The notes under the pieces were generated by a model. The model was given only the letters and a program-made list of their open reading frames with translations, ran no database searches and was not told the origin of the DNA. Below, piece after piece: positions 8,187-16,435 of a stretch of DNA of 24,000 nucleotides; positions within the stretch are counted from its first letter, which is position 1; the number at the start of each line of letters is the position of its first letter. The position numbers and the translations under genes are program-made. Source of the DNA: an uncultured Alphaproteobacteria bacterium (GTDB taxonomy: Bacteria; Pseudomonadota; Alphaproteobacteria; RF32; CAG-239); assembly GCA_946629975.1 (NCBI GenBank), contig CAMOYJ010000008.1, positions 21,043-45,042 on the forward strand, in the 5' to 3' direction.

Positions 8187-8197
8187 ATTTTTGATAT

Positions 8198-8788
8198 TTA
8201 TTTTGCTTTTTGTTTTAGATCTTCAATCAAATCATCCACACCGCCGGGCGCTTTTTTGATGTAGGCTGTATATTCGTTGCGCGCCGTAATGGCAAGTGAA
8301 ACATTTTCAATAATAATGTCAACGATTTTTAATTGATCTCCGTCTTTCACACGCCACAAAACTTTCACAGGGGCTCCTTCGTTCATTTTTACGGAGGTGT
8401 TCACAAAGGTTTGTCCCTCTGAGCTTGAAGGTGTTGTCCCGTCAAAATCAAATTTTTTGCCCTTAAATTCATCAAAACGTTTTGACCATGTTTTGATATT
8501 AAACTCGCGATATACTTTTATAAAATCTTCTCTTTGTTTGGCTGTTGCCGTTTTCCAATAGCGGCCTAAAACAAATTTGCCGATATAATCCAAATCAAGA
8601 TACTCGTTGAAAAGTTTTTCAAAACGTGCATCTTTTTCTTCAGCCGACACATCCGAATTGATAATTTGCTCAATTCCCTGCGATGTCACTTTTTTTACAA
8701 AATTTTCAGCTTGCGCACTGTCCAAAGCTTCGGCTTTAAAAGCAAAACCAACTAAAAATACTAAAATCAAGGCTGTTATTTTTTTCAT
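8198..8788 (-). CDS. mlaC: Periplasmic phospholipid-binding protein MlaC (Ttg2D/toluene-tolerance family)
   Basis: Signal peptide MKKITALILVFLVGFAFKAEA. The motifs YLDLDYIGKFVLGRYWKTATAKQREDFIKVYREF and ...LKIVDIIIENVSLAITARNEY are typical of MlaC. Confidence 0.85.
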   Translation of the reverse strand: MKKITALILVFLVGFAFKAEALDSAQAENFVKKVTSQGIEQIINSDVSAEEKDARFEKLFNEYLDLDYIGKFVLGRYWKTATAKQREDFIKVYREFNIKTWSKRFDEFKGKKFDFDGTTPSSSEGQTFVNTSVKMNEGAPVKVLWRVKDGDQLKIVDIIIENVSLAITARNEYTAYIKKAPGGVDDLIEDLKQKAK

Positions 8789-8812
8789 GTTCGTTCTCCT
8801 AAAAAAATCAAA

Positions 8813-9592
8813 TTAGTCCTCATCGTCTTCAAAATCAAAGTCATAGCTTGGCAAAGCAGTTCCTTCCTCGTTTTGAGCCGCGCACAAACTTTGAAACTTT
8901 TGACGATTTTGTAAAAATGCAGATTTAACCGTTGCATAAAAATCAACAGAGCTTGCTTCCAATCCATCAAGAAGCTCAAGATTTTCGGCGCGTTTGTTAA
9001 TATATTTGAGTCCTGTTGCGCCATAAGACAAAGCAACGCCCCAATCTTCATCCTGCTTATCCCAAAGCGCCCAATACATCGGGTCTGCAAAAGCGTCCAC
9101 CCCCCAACCGACGAGGTAACGCGGAGTTGAAGGCCCTATAATCGGCATCACAAAGAAAGGTCCGTCCGGCGTGCAATACATCGCCATTGTTGCATCAAAC
9201 GAGTTCTTTTTCTTTTCTAATCCCCAACCTTCGGCCACATCAAATGTCCCGAGTAATCCAAGCGTTGAGTTCACGGCAAAACGAGCAACAGATTGCCCGC
9301 TGTTTTTAATCTTTCCTTGCAACAAATTATTGATGGCATAAGCCGGTTCTTCCAAGTTGTTGAAAAAATTGGTCACTCTGTTTCTGATGCCTTGCGTTGT
9401 GATGGCTTTATACCCTTTAGCCACAGGTTTCAAAACCATTTTATCCACCTGATAGTTAAAGTTAAACATCGCACGGTTATAAACCTCTAACTTTGTTTCT
9501 TCATCGCTTGCTTTCATTTTTGTGCCGTTCGGGTTTGTCGCACAAGCAACAAGCGCAGCTAAAAAAGGCAACATCAACAAAACTTTTTTCAT
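8813..9592 (-). CDS. mlaA: Outer-membrane lipoprotein MlaA (VacJ family)
   Basis: Lipobox LVAC. YNRAMFNFNYQVDKMVLKPVAKGYKAITTQGIRNRVTNFFNNLEEPAYAINNLLQGK matches the VacJ/MlaA core. Confidence 0.88.
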   Translation of the reverse strand: MKKVLLMLPFLAALVACATNPNGTKMKASDEETKLEVYNRAMFNFNYQVDKMVLKPVAKGYKAITTQGIRNRVTNFFNNLEEPAYAINNLLQGKIKNSGQSVARFAVNSTLGLLGTFDVAEGWGLEKKKNSFDATMAMYCTPDGPFFVMPIIGPSTPRYLVGWGVDAFADPMYWALWDKQDEDWGVALSYGATGLKYINKRAENLELLDGLEASSVDFYATVKSAFLQNRQKFQSLCAAQNEEGTALPSYDFDFEDDED

Positions 9593-9736
9593 TTATTTCC
9601 CCATGTTTTCATTATTTTCTTGCAATATAACCTTAAAAATCCCTTCAATCAAGCAAAATTCTTATTTTAATAACGAAGTAAACGAAAGAAAGGTTCATTT
9701 GATTAAAAATGTTACAAACAAGAAATCTTTTGTGTT

Positions 9737-9765
9737 TTGCACTCAGCTGATAAATAACATAATAT
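9737..9765 (+). promoter_or_regulatory. Sigma70-type promoter candidate: TTGCAC-N17-TAATAT
   Basis: TTGCAC at 9737..9742, a 17-nt spacer and TAATAT at 9760..9765, upstream of the aminotransferase ATG at 9803. Confidence 0.45.
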
Positions 9766-9802
9766 CACTTCCAGTTTTTAACTTTAATAAAGGAAAAATA
9801 AA

Positions 9803-10963
9803 ATGACTTATCAACCTTCTAAAATGATTGGCATTTTTGACTGTGCAACTTCTCAAAAAGTCATCGGCCAGGAAAAATTTTTGGAAGCTTTTAAAACAAT
9901 TTTGAACCATGGCGCATATTGTCAAGGTCCTGAAACAAAAGAATTAGATTCTAAACTCGCTGAATATTCCGGCACAAAATATTGCTCAACATGCGGTTCC
10001 GGGACAGATGCTTTGACACTTGCTTTAATGGCTTGGGGTGTTAAAGAAGGCGATGCCGTGTTTGTTTCATCATTCACATTCGTTGCTTCAGCCGAAGCTC
10101 CTGTTTTGCTCGGCGCAACTCCTATTTTTGTTGATTCAAAACCTGACACATACAACATGGATCCTGAAGATTTGAAACGCGCTATTGCCGAAGTTAAAAA
10201 AGAAGGCAAATTAAATCTTAAAGCCGTTATTCCGGTTGATATTTTCGGTTCTCCTTGCGAATATGATGAAATCATCAAAATCGCACATGAGAACGGCATG
10301 AAAGTTTTGTCTGACTCTTGCCAATCTTATGGTTCTGTTTATCATGGCAAAAACGCCGGTTCAATTGCTGATATGACAGCTACTTCTTTCTATCCGACAA
10401 AGCCTTTAGCTGCTTATGGTGACGGTGGTGCTGTTTTCACAAACAATGAAAACGAGAATGCCCTCGTTCAATCTTGCCGCGTTCATGGTATGAGCCCTGA
10501 AGACCACTATGACAATGTTCGTTTAGGTATGACAGGTCGTATGAACTCTTTCCAAGCGGCCGTCTTGATGCAAAAATTGACAGTGTTCAAAAAAGAACTT
10601 CAAGATCGCTACACCATTGCTTCCCGCTATGATAACGAATTGTCATCATACTTTGGCAAACAACGTGTTTTAGACAACTGCAAATCAGCTTATGCACTCT
10701 ACACCATCAACTGCGAACATCGCGATGAATTGATGGCTTATTTAAGAGAAAACAACATCGGTTGCGGTGCATATTATCCGAGACCGGTTAACACTCAAAC
10801 AGCTTATGCTAAGTGGAACACACGCTCACTTCCTGTTTGTGAAAAACTCTCTAAAACAGTTTTGAGCATCCCGATGCATCCGTATTTGAGCTCGGAAGAA
10901 CAAACATACATCATCAATAAGATGAATGAGTTTGCTTCTCGCTATGCTTCAAAAGCTGCTTAA
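9803..10963 (+). CDS. DegT/DnrJ/EryC1/StrS-family PLP-dependent sugar aminotransferase
   Basis: The 386-aa ORF contains CSTCGSGTDALTLAL, the PLP-lysine context SFYPTKPLAAYGDGGAVFTN and LSIPMHPYLS. This is the typical fold-type-I sugar aminotransferase pattern. Confidence 0.85.
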   Translation: MTYQPSKMIGIFDCATSQKVIGQEKFLEAFKTILNHGAYCQGPETKELDSKLAEYSGTKYCSTCGSGTDALTLALMAWGVKEGDAVFVSSFTFVASAEAPVLLGATPIFVDSKPDTYNMDPEDLKRAIAEVKKEGKLNLKAVIPVDIFGSPCEYDEIIKIAHENGMKVLSDSCQSYGSVYHGKNAGSIADMTATSFYPTKPLAAYGDGGAVFTNNENENALVQSCRVHGMSPEDHYDNVRLGMTGRMNSFQAAVLMQKLTVFKKELQDRYTIASRYDNELSSYFGKQRVLDNCKSAYALYTINCEHRDELMAYLRENNIGCGAYYPRPVNTQTAYAKWNTRSLPVCEKLSKTVLSIPMHPYLSSEEQTYIINKMNEFASRYASKAA

Positions 10964-10980
10964 CTTTTAAGCTTTAAAAA

Positions 10981-11017
10981 GAAACCTCTGCCATGTAGGC
11001 GGAGGTTTTCTTTTTTT
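10981..11017 (+). terminator. Rho-independent terminator after the aminotransferase gene
   Basis: An ~11-bp stem (including one G.U) pairs 10982..10992 with 10998..11008, loop atgta. It is followed by ttttcttttttt. Confidence 0.75.
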
Positions 11018-11104
11018 AAATTCAAACAAAATATCGCTTGACCGATTTTTTTTAAGTGCTATTCTAGGGTGCTTTTGAAAATTTTATAAGTTTGGAGATT
11101 TGTT

Positions 11105-11785
11105 TTGTTTGAAAATAAAAAAGTCGTCATTTGGGATTTAGATAATACCCTTTATCGTATCACCCCCGAAATTGCCGATATGCTTGATGAAACAATGGCA
11201 ATCGCTTTGGTTGAAGATTTGCATGTGCCGCTTGAACTTGCCGATTGTAAAGCTTTGGTCAAAAAATCTTATAAAGAATATCGTGACGGCGGCGAATATT
11301 TTTATCAAAACTATCATATTTCCCCGAAAGATTTGTCTTTTTATTATAACAAACGCAATCCGGTTCATATGATTGAACCTTATCAAAATCTAGCCTTAAA
11401 ACTTAAACAAATTCCTTTAGAACAATATGTTTTCACAGCAAGTAATCGTCATGCTTCCGAACGAATTTTAAAACGTATCGGCTTATATGATATGTTTAAA
11501 GACAGATTTTTCAGTGTCGAAGATTTTGGTGTATATAAGAAAAACGAAAATGCCGATGTTTATCATCAGTATTGCCGTAAAATCGGTTATCAGCCTGCAG
11601 AATGTATTTTTGTAGATGACAGCTATTCCAACCTTGAATTTGCCAAAGAAACGGGCATGACAACCATTCGCATCTACTATCAAAACAACTCAGCTTCAGA
11701 CAAAGAATATATAGATGCAGCCTTTAAAGGCGTTGAGCAATGTATTGAAGCCCTTATCAGTGCCACAAAAAAAGAAGCCGTTTAG
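11105..11785 (+). CDS. HAD-superfamily hydrolase, pyrimidine 5'-nucleotidase (SDT1/YjjG)-like
   Basis: Motif I is IWDLDNTLY and the late motif is IFVDDSYSNLEFAKETGM. The start is TTG at 11105, with GGAGA 7 nt upstream. Confidence 0.7.
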   Translation: MFENKKVVIWDLDNTLYRITPEIADMLDETMAIALVEDLHVPLELADCKALVKKSYKEYRDGGEYFYQNYHISPKDLSFYYNKRNPVHMIEPYQNLALKLKQIPLEQYVFTASNRHASERILKRIGLYDMFKDRFFSVEDFGVYKKNENADVYHQYCRKIGYQPAECIFVDDSYSNLEFAKETGMTTIRIYYQNNSASDKEYIDAAFKGVEQCIEALISATKKEAV

Positions 11786-11801
11786 ACGGCTTCTTTTTTT
11801 T
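11767..11801. terminator. Bidirectional rho-independent terminator between convergent genes
   Basis: The stem pairs agaagccgt (11773..11781) with acggcttct (11786..11794). The loop ttag contains the HAD stop codon. An A-run and a T-run flank the stem. Confidence 0.7.
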
Positions 11802-12486
11802 ATAAGCACAAGCTCTGTTCATAATCATAATTTTCGGCTCTGTCGAGTTTTCCCTGTTCCTTATTAATTTCATTATTGAGTTCATCTAAGAGCGGATTGA
11901 TGGCATCTAAGTATTTTTTCTTTAAGCTTTCTTGCACCACACTCATTTCAACATCATCTTTCGGTCTACTTGTTAAAGCATACTTTTTTACGGCCGAGAT
12001 AAAACGATCTTTAATAAATGGCAGATAATATTCCAATGCTTCAAGGTTGATTTGCTCGTGCGTTTGCTCGTGTCTTAATGTCACCTTGTGCATACACGAT
12101 CCTTGCTTGATGTGGCGTGCAATATAGATGATCGGTTCTTTTAATGTGAGTGTTAAATCAACATCCACAGGAAAAAAACATGTCACACCGTCTTTAAAAG
12201 TCTTCTTTCCGACACTAAAAGTTAAGCTTGTTTCTAACTTATAAGGTGTCAAACCATTAATATCATAACCGTCTAAAAGCGTTCCATTCATCTCTTGACG
12301 TTGCATACGTTCCAATGTCCTTGAAACTTTGTCATAGTTATATCTAAGCGGTTCAAAAACGGCTTTTACGATCACATTCGGCTTGGGAACAAATGCCTGA
12401 CAACGCATATTGAGACTTTGATCTGCTTTTGCATTTGAAAAAGATGCAAAACTTAAAAAAATTAATATATAAAAAAGGTTTTTCAT
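11800..12486 (-). CDS. Secreted protein with HExxH motif, probable DUF922-type Zn-dependent peptidase
   Basis: Signal peptide MKNLFYILIFLSFASFSNAKA. The single HExxH sits in VTLRHEQTHEQINLEALEYY. Size and layout resemble the DUF922/COG5661 predicted secreted Zn-proteases (assignment from memory). Confidence 0.5.
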   Translation of the reverse strand: MKNLFYILIFLSFASFSNAKADQSLNMRCQAFVPKPNVIVKAVFEPLRYNYDKVSRTLERMQRQEMNGTLLDGYDINGLTPYKLETSLTFSVGKKTFKDGVTCFFPVDVDLTLTLKEPIIYIARHIKQGSCMHKVTLRHEQTHEQINLEALEYYLPFIKDRFISAVKKYALTSRPKDDVEMSVVQESLKKKYLDAINPLLDELNNEINKEQGKLDRAENYDYEQSLCL

Positions 12487-12530
12487 GTTAATATTGATAT
12501 CATCAATTCATTTCAATAGAGTTAATATAG

Positions 12531-13076
12531 ATGAAATATTTTATTTTTGCAATTGTTTTTCTTCTTTCTGTCGCAACCCTTCAAGCGCAAGATTTTTTTG
12601 TGCCGAGCGGTGCTTTTTCGTCAACGGTTGAAAAACTTAAACCCATAAATGATGACCAATCTCAACTTTCACCATACAGCCAGCGACGTTATAAAGTCAT
12701 TGACGGACGTGTTTTTGCTATCAAAGATGAAATGACGGAAGCACCTCAAGAAACAGAACCTACAGACAACCCGATTGTTACATCTCCCCAATTGCCTTCA
12801 CCCGCTGAACCCGCTGCGTTAACAACAGTTGCTGAAAAAATACCAACACCTGTTGTTGAAACACCCGTTCTTCAAGTGCCACAGATAAGCGCCCCGCAAA
12901 CAGCGCCTGTTGATTCAAAATTACCATCATATAAAAACAGATATGCGCTCTATCTCAATGATTTGCAAACCTTTCAAAAAACAAAACAAATGCCTGAGAA
13001 TAAAGATTTGGCTGCAACGCTTAAAAAGCTTTCTGAGCCGCGTGAAATTGTCTTATTTCAAGGAAAGCTCGAATAA
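12531..13076 (+). CDS. Hypothetical secreted proline-rich protein (181 aa)
   Basis: Signal peptide MKYFIFAIVFLLSVATLQA/Q. The central low-complexity segment is P/T/Q/V-rich (PQETEPTDNPIVTSPQLPSPAEPAALTT...PVLQVPQISAPQTAPV). No family recognised. Confidence 0.55.
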   Translation: MKYFIFAIVFLLSVATLQAQDFFVPSGAFSSTVEKLKPINDDQSQLSPYSQRRYKVIDGRVFAIKDEMTEAPQETEPTDNPIVTSPQLPSPAEPAALTTVAEKIPTPVVETPVLQVPQISAPQTAPVDSKLPSYKNRYALYLNDLQTFQKTKQMPENKDLAATLKKLSEPREIVLFQGKLE

Positions 13077-13078
13077 CC

Positions 13079-13822
13079 TTACATTGAAAAATCTTCGCCC
13101 AAATAAACTTTGCGCACGTCTTTATTTTTCACAATTTCTTCAGGGGTTCCCTCCATCAAGACGGAGCCACCGTGCAAAATATAAGCTCTATCAATAATAT
13201 CCAATGTTTCTCGCACATTATGATCTGTGATTAAAACCCCCAATCCTCTGTTTTTGAGCTGCGATACAAGCGATCTGATTTCCCCGACAGCAATCGGGTC
13301 AATACCGGCAAGAGGTTCATCCAATAATATAAAGTCAGGGTTGCTTGCTAAAGCCCTTGCAATTTCCAATCTTCTTCTTTCACCGCCGGATAGCGCAATA
13401 GCGGGTGATTTTCTTAAATGTGCTATTGAAAATTCCGAAAGCAATTCTTCTAATTTTGCATCTCTCTTGTTTTCATCTTCTTCAACAATTTCCAAAATTG
13501 CTTTGATATTGTCTTCAACGGAGAGAGCTCTGAAAATTGAGGCTTCTTGCGGCAAATAACCAATTCCCATACGCGCTCTTTTATACATTGGCATATTTGT
13601 GATATCTTCACCATTGATATGCACATCTCCGTAATCAGGTGTGATCAAACCGATGACACAATAGAAACAAGTTGTTTTACCGGCGCCGTTAGGCCCTAAA
13701 AGACCGACTGCTTCACCTCTTCGCACATTTAACGAAACATTTTTTAAAACCGAGCGATTTTTATATTTTTTACCAATATTAAAAATTTCCAAGACCGAAT
13801 CTGACGCATTTGTTTTTTTCAT
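13079..13822 (-). CDS. lptB: LPS export ABC transporter ATP-binding protein LptB
   Basis: Walker A is GLLGPNGAGKTT. It also has MGIGYLPQEASIFRALSVEDN, the signature LSGGERRRLEIARAL and Walker B FILLDEP. The start overlaps the upstream stop (ATGA at 13819..13822). Confidence 0.9.
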   Translation of the reverse strand: MKKTNASDSVLEIFNIGKKYKNRSVLKNVSLNVRRGEAVGLLGPNGAGKTTCFYCVIGLITPDYGDVHINGEDITNMPMYKRARMGIGYLPQEASIFRALSVEDNIKAILEIVEEDENKRDAKLEELLSEFSIAHLRKSPAIALSGGERRRLEIARALASNPDFILLDEPLAGIDPIAVGEIRSLVSQLKNRGLGVLITDHNVRETLDIIDRAYILHGGSVLMEGTPEEIVKNKDVRKVYLGEDFSM

Positions 13823-14877
13823 GAACGTTTCCTTTTAATGCTTGTTCCTCTGATCACCCCTGATACACGACCGTTCTTATTTTCTGAAATCATTCGGCTC
13901 ACGGTCGTTTTCAGATTTGTCATTGCTTTATCACCATAAACCACATTTCCATCTTTTTCAATCGAAACATTTCCTTTGAGTTCCACTTCATCGTTTTGAG
14001 GCAGATATTTTCCATAATCCCCTTTAGCCACAGCATCCTCTGTTTCTATTTTAACATTTCCAAAAGCTTCGATTTTTTGGATTTCCATCTTTTTTGAATC
14101 GCTTAAAAACATCTCAACCTTATCAGCATACAATGTGCTGTCTTCTCTTTGCAACACAACATTGCCTTCTGCTTCGATTTTGTTCAAATCCTGATAATAT
14201 CGTGCCTGTTTTTTCGAGGTTAAAACGCTGTTTTCATGAATAACTTTTGAATTGCCATTTAAATAAAGAATTTCCTTATTTTTATCATAAGCAAATCCGT
14301 CTGCCCAAAGCTTTCCCCAATTTCCGTATGCATAAACACTTTCGTTTCCATGTCCGTAAGCTTTTGTAAAATCGTATTCACCGGCTCCTGTTTCAACCGT
14401 TACCTTGTCATCATAAACAGCTTTCACATTTTCTTTTAAAGTCACAATATTTTGAGCCTGATCAAAAAAGCCCACATCAGATGAAATATTAATAAAAACT
14501 TCTTTGGTATTGGCCGGAATCTTACCTTTCGGATTGATAATTTTAATCACCTTTGAACCCGCATCGGTTTCATCCATACTATCGGCCGTTAAAATACTGA
14601 CCTTTCCGTTATCTTCGCTGATTGAAAAAGTGGTTTCTTCTGCGTGTAGTTTTTCAAGTTCTCCTTTTTTTGGAAGCGTCATATCATATTCAGATATCAC
14701 ATTATTCTTTTTAAAATTAGGCAAAACCAAAATAAGCGCAACCAAAACAGCAGCAACAGAAGGCATCATAAATTTTATAAAACGCAAAGCGCGCGAGCGG
14801 AAATCAGCTCGGCGCTTTTGCGTCTGATAAGCCATAGTGCCATCAAAATAGGCATCTATTTTTTTAAAATCAACCAC
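13819..14877 (-). CDS. lptC: Membrane-anchored OstA-like LPS transport protein: an LptC-like N-terminal half plus an LptA-like C-terminal half (possible LptC-LptA fusion)
   Basis: A TM anchor (FIKFMMPSVAAVLVALILVLPNF) comes first. An LptC-like segment follows (ILTADSMDE...NIVTLKENVKAVYDD...). A second jellyroll-like segment has the LptA/OstA_N pattern (IEAEGNVVLQREDSTLYADKVEMF...IEAFGNVKIETEDAVAKGDYGKY...VELKGNVSIEKDGNVVYGDKAMTNL). It lies between kdsD and lptB. The track start is GTG 14877; ATG 14835 is an alternative. Confidence 0.65.
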   Translation of the reverse strand: MVDFKKIDAYFDGTMAYQTQKRRADFRSRALRFIKFMMPSVAAVLVALILVLPNFKKNNVISEYDMTLPKKGELEKLHAEETTFSISEDNGKVSILTADSMDETDAGSKVIKIINPKGKIPANTKEVFINISSDVGFFDQAQNIVTLKENVKAVYDDKVTVETGAGEYDFTKAYGHGNESVYAYGNWGKLWADGFAYDKNKEILYLNGNSKVIHENSVLTSKKQARYYQDLNKIEAEGNVVLQREDSTLYADKVEMFLSDSKKMEIQKIEAFGNVKIETEDAVAKGDYGKYLPQNDEVELKGNVSIEKDGNVVYGDKAMTNLKTTVSRMISENKNGRVSGVIRGTSIKRKRS

Positions 14878-15843
14878 CTAGTTCACACCTGCTCTTAAGC
14901 AATCATGAATATGAATCAAACCGACAGGTTTTTCATCTTCTAAAACAAACAGGTTCGTAATACCGCGTCCCGTGTTGTTCATCACATAAACAGCTTCACT
15001 TGCCAAAACATCAGGACGTATGGTCTTCGGATTTTTCGTCATCACTTTTGAAACTTTTTCTTCAATCAAATTCGGTGACATCCAACGACGCAAATCTCCG
15101 TCTGTGATAATACCGATAAGTTTTCCTTGGTTGTCCACAACACCAACACATCCGAGCATTTTTGAACTCATCGTGATAAGGGCTTCTTGCATAATGGCAT
15201 CTTCTTTAACGAGCGGCAATTCATCACCGGTATGCATCAAATCCGAAACTTTGCATAAAATCGCACCAAGTTTTCCACCCGGGTGACGTTGTTTATAATC
15301 CGTTGCCGAAAATCCTTTGCGTTCCATTAATGTAATAGCCAAAACATCACCATAAACAAGTGTTGCCGTTGTTGAAGAAGTCGGGGCCAAACCCAAAGGA
15401 CAAGCTTCTCCGTCATTTGGTAATTTCAATAAATAATCTCCGGCTTTTCCGAGCGTACTTTCAGGGTTTTTTGTCATTGCAATAAGCGGAATATTGTATC
15501 TTTTGCAATACATTAAAATATCTGACAATTCGCGTGATTCTCCGCCATTTGAAATCGCCAAAACAACATCGTCATTTGTAAGCATTCCCAAATCGCCATG
15601 GCTGGCTTCACCCGGGTGCACAAAAAATGACGGTGTTCCTGTTGAAGCGAGCGTTGCGGCAATTTTGCGTCCGATATGTCCTGATTTTCCCATACCGGTC
15701 ACAATAACGCGGCCTTTGATTTTTAAAATAAGATCTAAAACTTTGCTTAAATTTTCATCTAGTTCGTTTTTGAGGATTTCAAGCGCTTCAATTTCGCGAT
15801 CAATCGCTTTTTGAGCTGCAAGAATATCTTTATTTTCAGACAT
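14878..15843 (-). CDS. kdsD: Arabinose-5-phosphate isomerase (KpsF/GutQ/KdsD family; SIS domain plus two CBS domains)
   Basis: GRVIVTGMGKSGHIGRKIAATLASTGTPSFFVHPGEASHGDLG is the SIS domain. The C-terminal tandem CBS is ...VGVVDNQGKLIGIITDGDLRR... and LFVLEDEKPVGLIHIHD. Confidence 0.9.
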   Translation of the reverse strand: MSENKDILAAQKAIDREIEALEILKNELDENLSKVLDLILKIKGRVIVTGMGKSGHIGRKIAATLASTGTPSFFVHPGEASHGDLGMLTNDDVVLAISNGGESRELSDILMYCKRYNIPLIAMTKNPESTLGKAGDYLLKLPNDGEACPLGLAPTSSTTATLVYGDVLAITLMERKGFSATDYKQRHPGGKLGAILCKVSDLMHTGDELPLVKEDAIMQEALITMSSKMLGCVGVVDNQGKLIGIITDGDLRRWMSPNLIEEKVSKVMTKNPKTIRPDVLASEAVYVMNNTGRGITNLFVLEDEKPVGLIHIHDCLRAGVN

Positions 15844-15882
15844 TTTAATTAATCTCCAAAGTTCTTGTTCAAATGTATGCTG

Positions 15883-15911
15883 ACTATACCTGCTTTTGCT
15901 TCAAACCGCAA
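15883..15911 (-). promoter_or_regulatory. Sigma70-type promoter candidate for kdsD-lptC/A-lptB: TTGCGG-N17-TATAGT (minus strand)
   Basis: The reverse complement of 15906..15911 is TTGCGG. The spacer 15889..15905 is 17 nt. The reverse complement of 15883..15888 is TATAGT. Confidence 0.4.
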
Positions 15912-15974
15912 GCCTTTTTATCCCTTATTCATACTAACAAAATAATACAAAATATTTCTAACCTTAAAGCTTTT

Positions 15975-16433
15975 TTATATCTGCTTTTCCTTCCATTTTC
16001 CAAAGTCATCTTGTTGCCAATAGTGGCGTTCAATATCGTCTGATTTAAACATTTTCCATGTTGCTCTTGCTTTCAAAAGTTCTTCTTCGCTTGCTCCATT
16101 GAAAACATAAAATATTCGTTCAAAGTTTTCAGCTTTTTCAAATGCCACATCAGCCCCATCCACTAAAAACAGCAAGAGCGCGCCATTTGGATTTTCATCA
16201 TCTGCCGAAAGATAGATCGGCTCCAACTCGGCATTTCCTTCTTTTTTTGTGCCGTGAGGCAAAAAGCTTTCCTCATCAAATGTCCACAATGCCGAATTGA
16301 TAAAATCAACACGCAATTCGTTGCCAACTTTGATTTTAATTTTTTTGCCGGTCTCATAAGCTTTTTGCACCAATTTTGGCAACGCCTCTTCCAGTGTATT
16401 TTTCTGCAATTGATAAAAATCTATTCGTTTCAT
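15975..16433 (-). CDS. holC: DNA polymerase III subunit chi
   Basis: The 152-aa ORF begins MKRIDFYQL...LPKLVQKAYETGKKIKI...DFINSALWTFDEESFLPHG. This is the chi-subunit signature (FY.L, LW, FLPH). Confidence 0.8.
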   Translation of the reverse strand: MKRIDFYQLQKNTLEEALPKLVQKAYETGKKIKIKVGNELRVDFINSALWTFDEESFLPHGTKKEGNAELEPIYLSADDENPNGALLLFLVDGADVAFEKAENFERIFYVFNGASEEELLKARATWKMFKSDDIERHYWQQDDFGKWKEKQI

Positions 16434-16435
16434 TT

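Noticed and set aside
7895-8197. Possible tmRNA (ssrA, including the permuted two-piece alphaproteobacterial form). The + strand GGGTTTCGACGCCC (8086..8099) resembles the conserved GGAUUCGACGGG near tmRNA 5' ends, and TTCGAA occurs at 7947..7952.
   Set aside because: I could find no T-arm followed by an acceptor strand and CCA on either strand. There is no tag reading frame starting at a GCN resume codon and ending in ...AA-stop. The region is short for a ~300+ nt permuted ssrA.
8785-9090. A 101-aa minus-strand ORF overlapping the 3' part of mlaA in another frame and reaching into the mlaC start.
   Set aside because: It is out of frame within the well-supported MlaA CDS. It has no SD and an implausible sequence, and it is an artefact of the longest-ORF track.
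9522-9925. ORFs 9522..9806 (+) and 9743..9925 (-) in or around the mlaA / aminotransferase intergenic region.
   Set aside because: They span AT-rich divergent promoter DNA and overlap real gene ends. The peptides are Phe/Asn/Ile/Lys-rich, as expected from AT-rich non-coding sequence.
12910-13559. Plus-strand ORFs 12910..13197 and 13227..13559 running antisense through lptB.
   Set aside because: They are antisense or alternative-frame to the strongly supported LptB ABC ATPase. The Ser/Leu-rich translations are typical of antisense ORFs.
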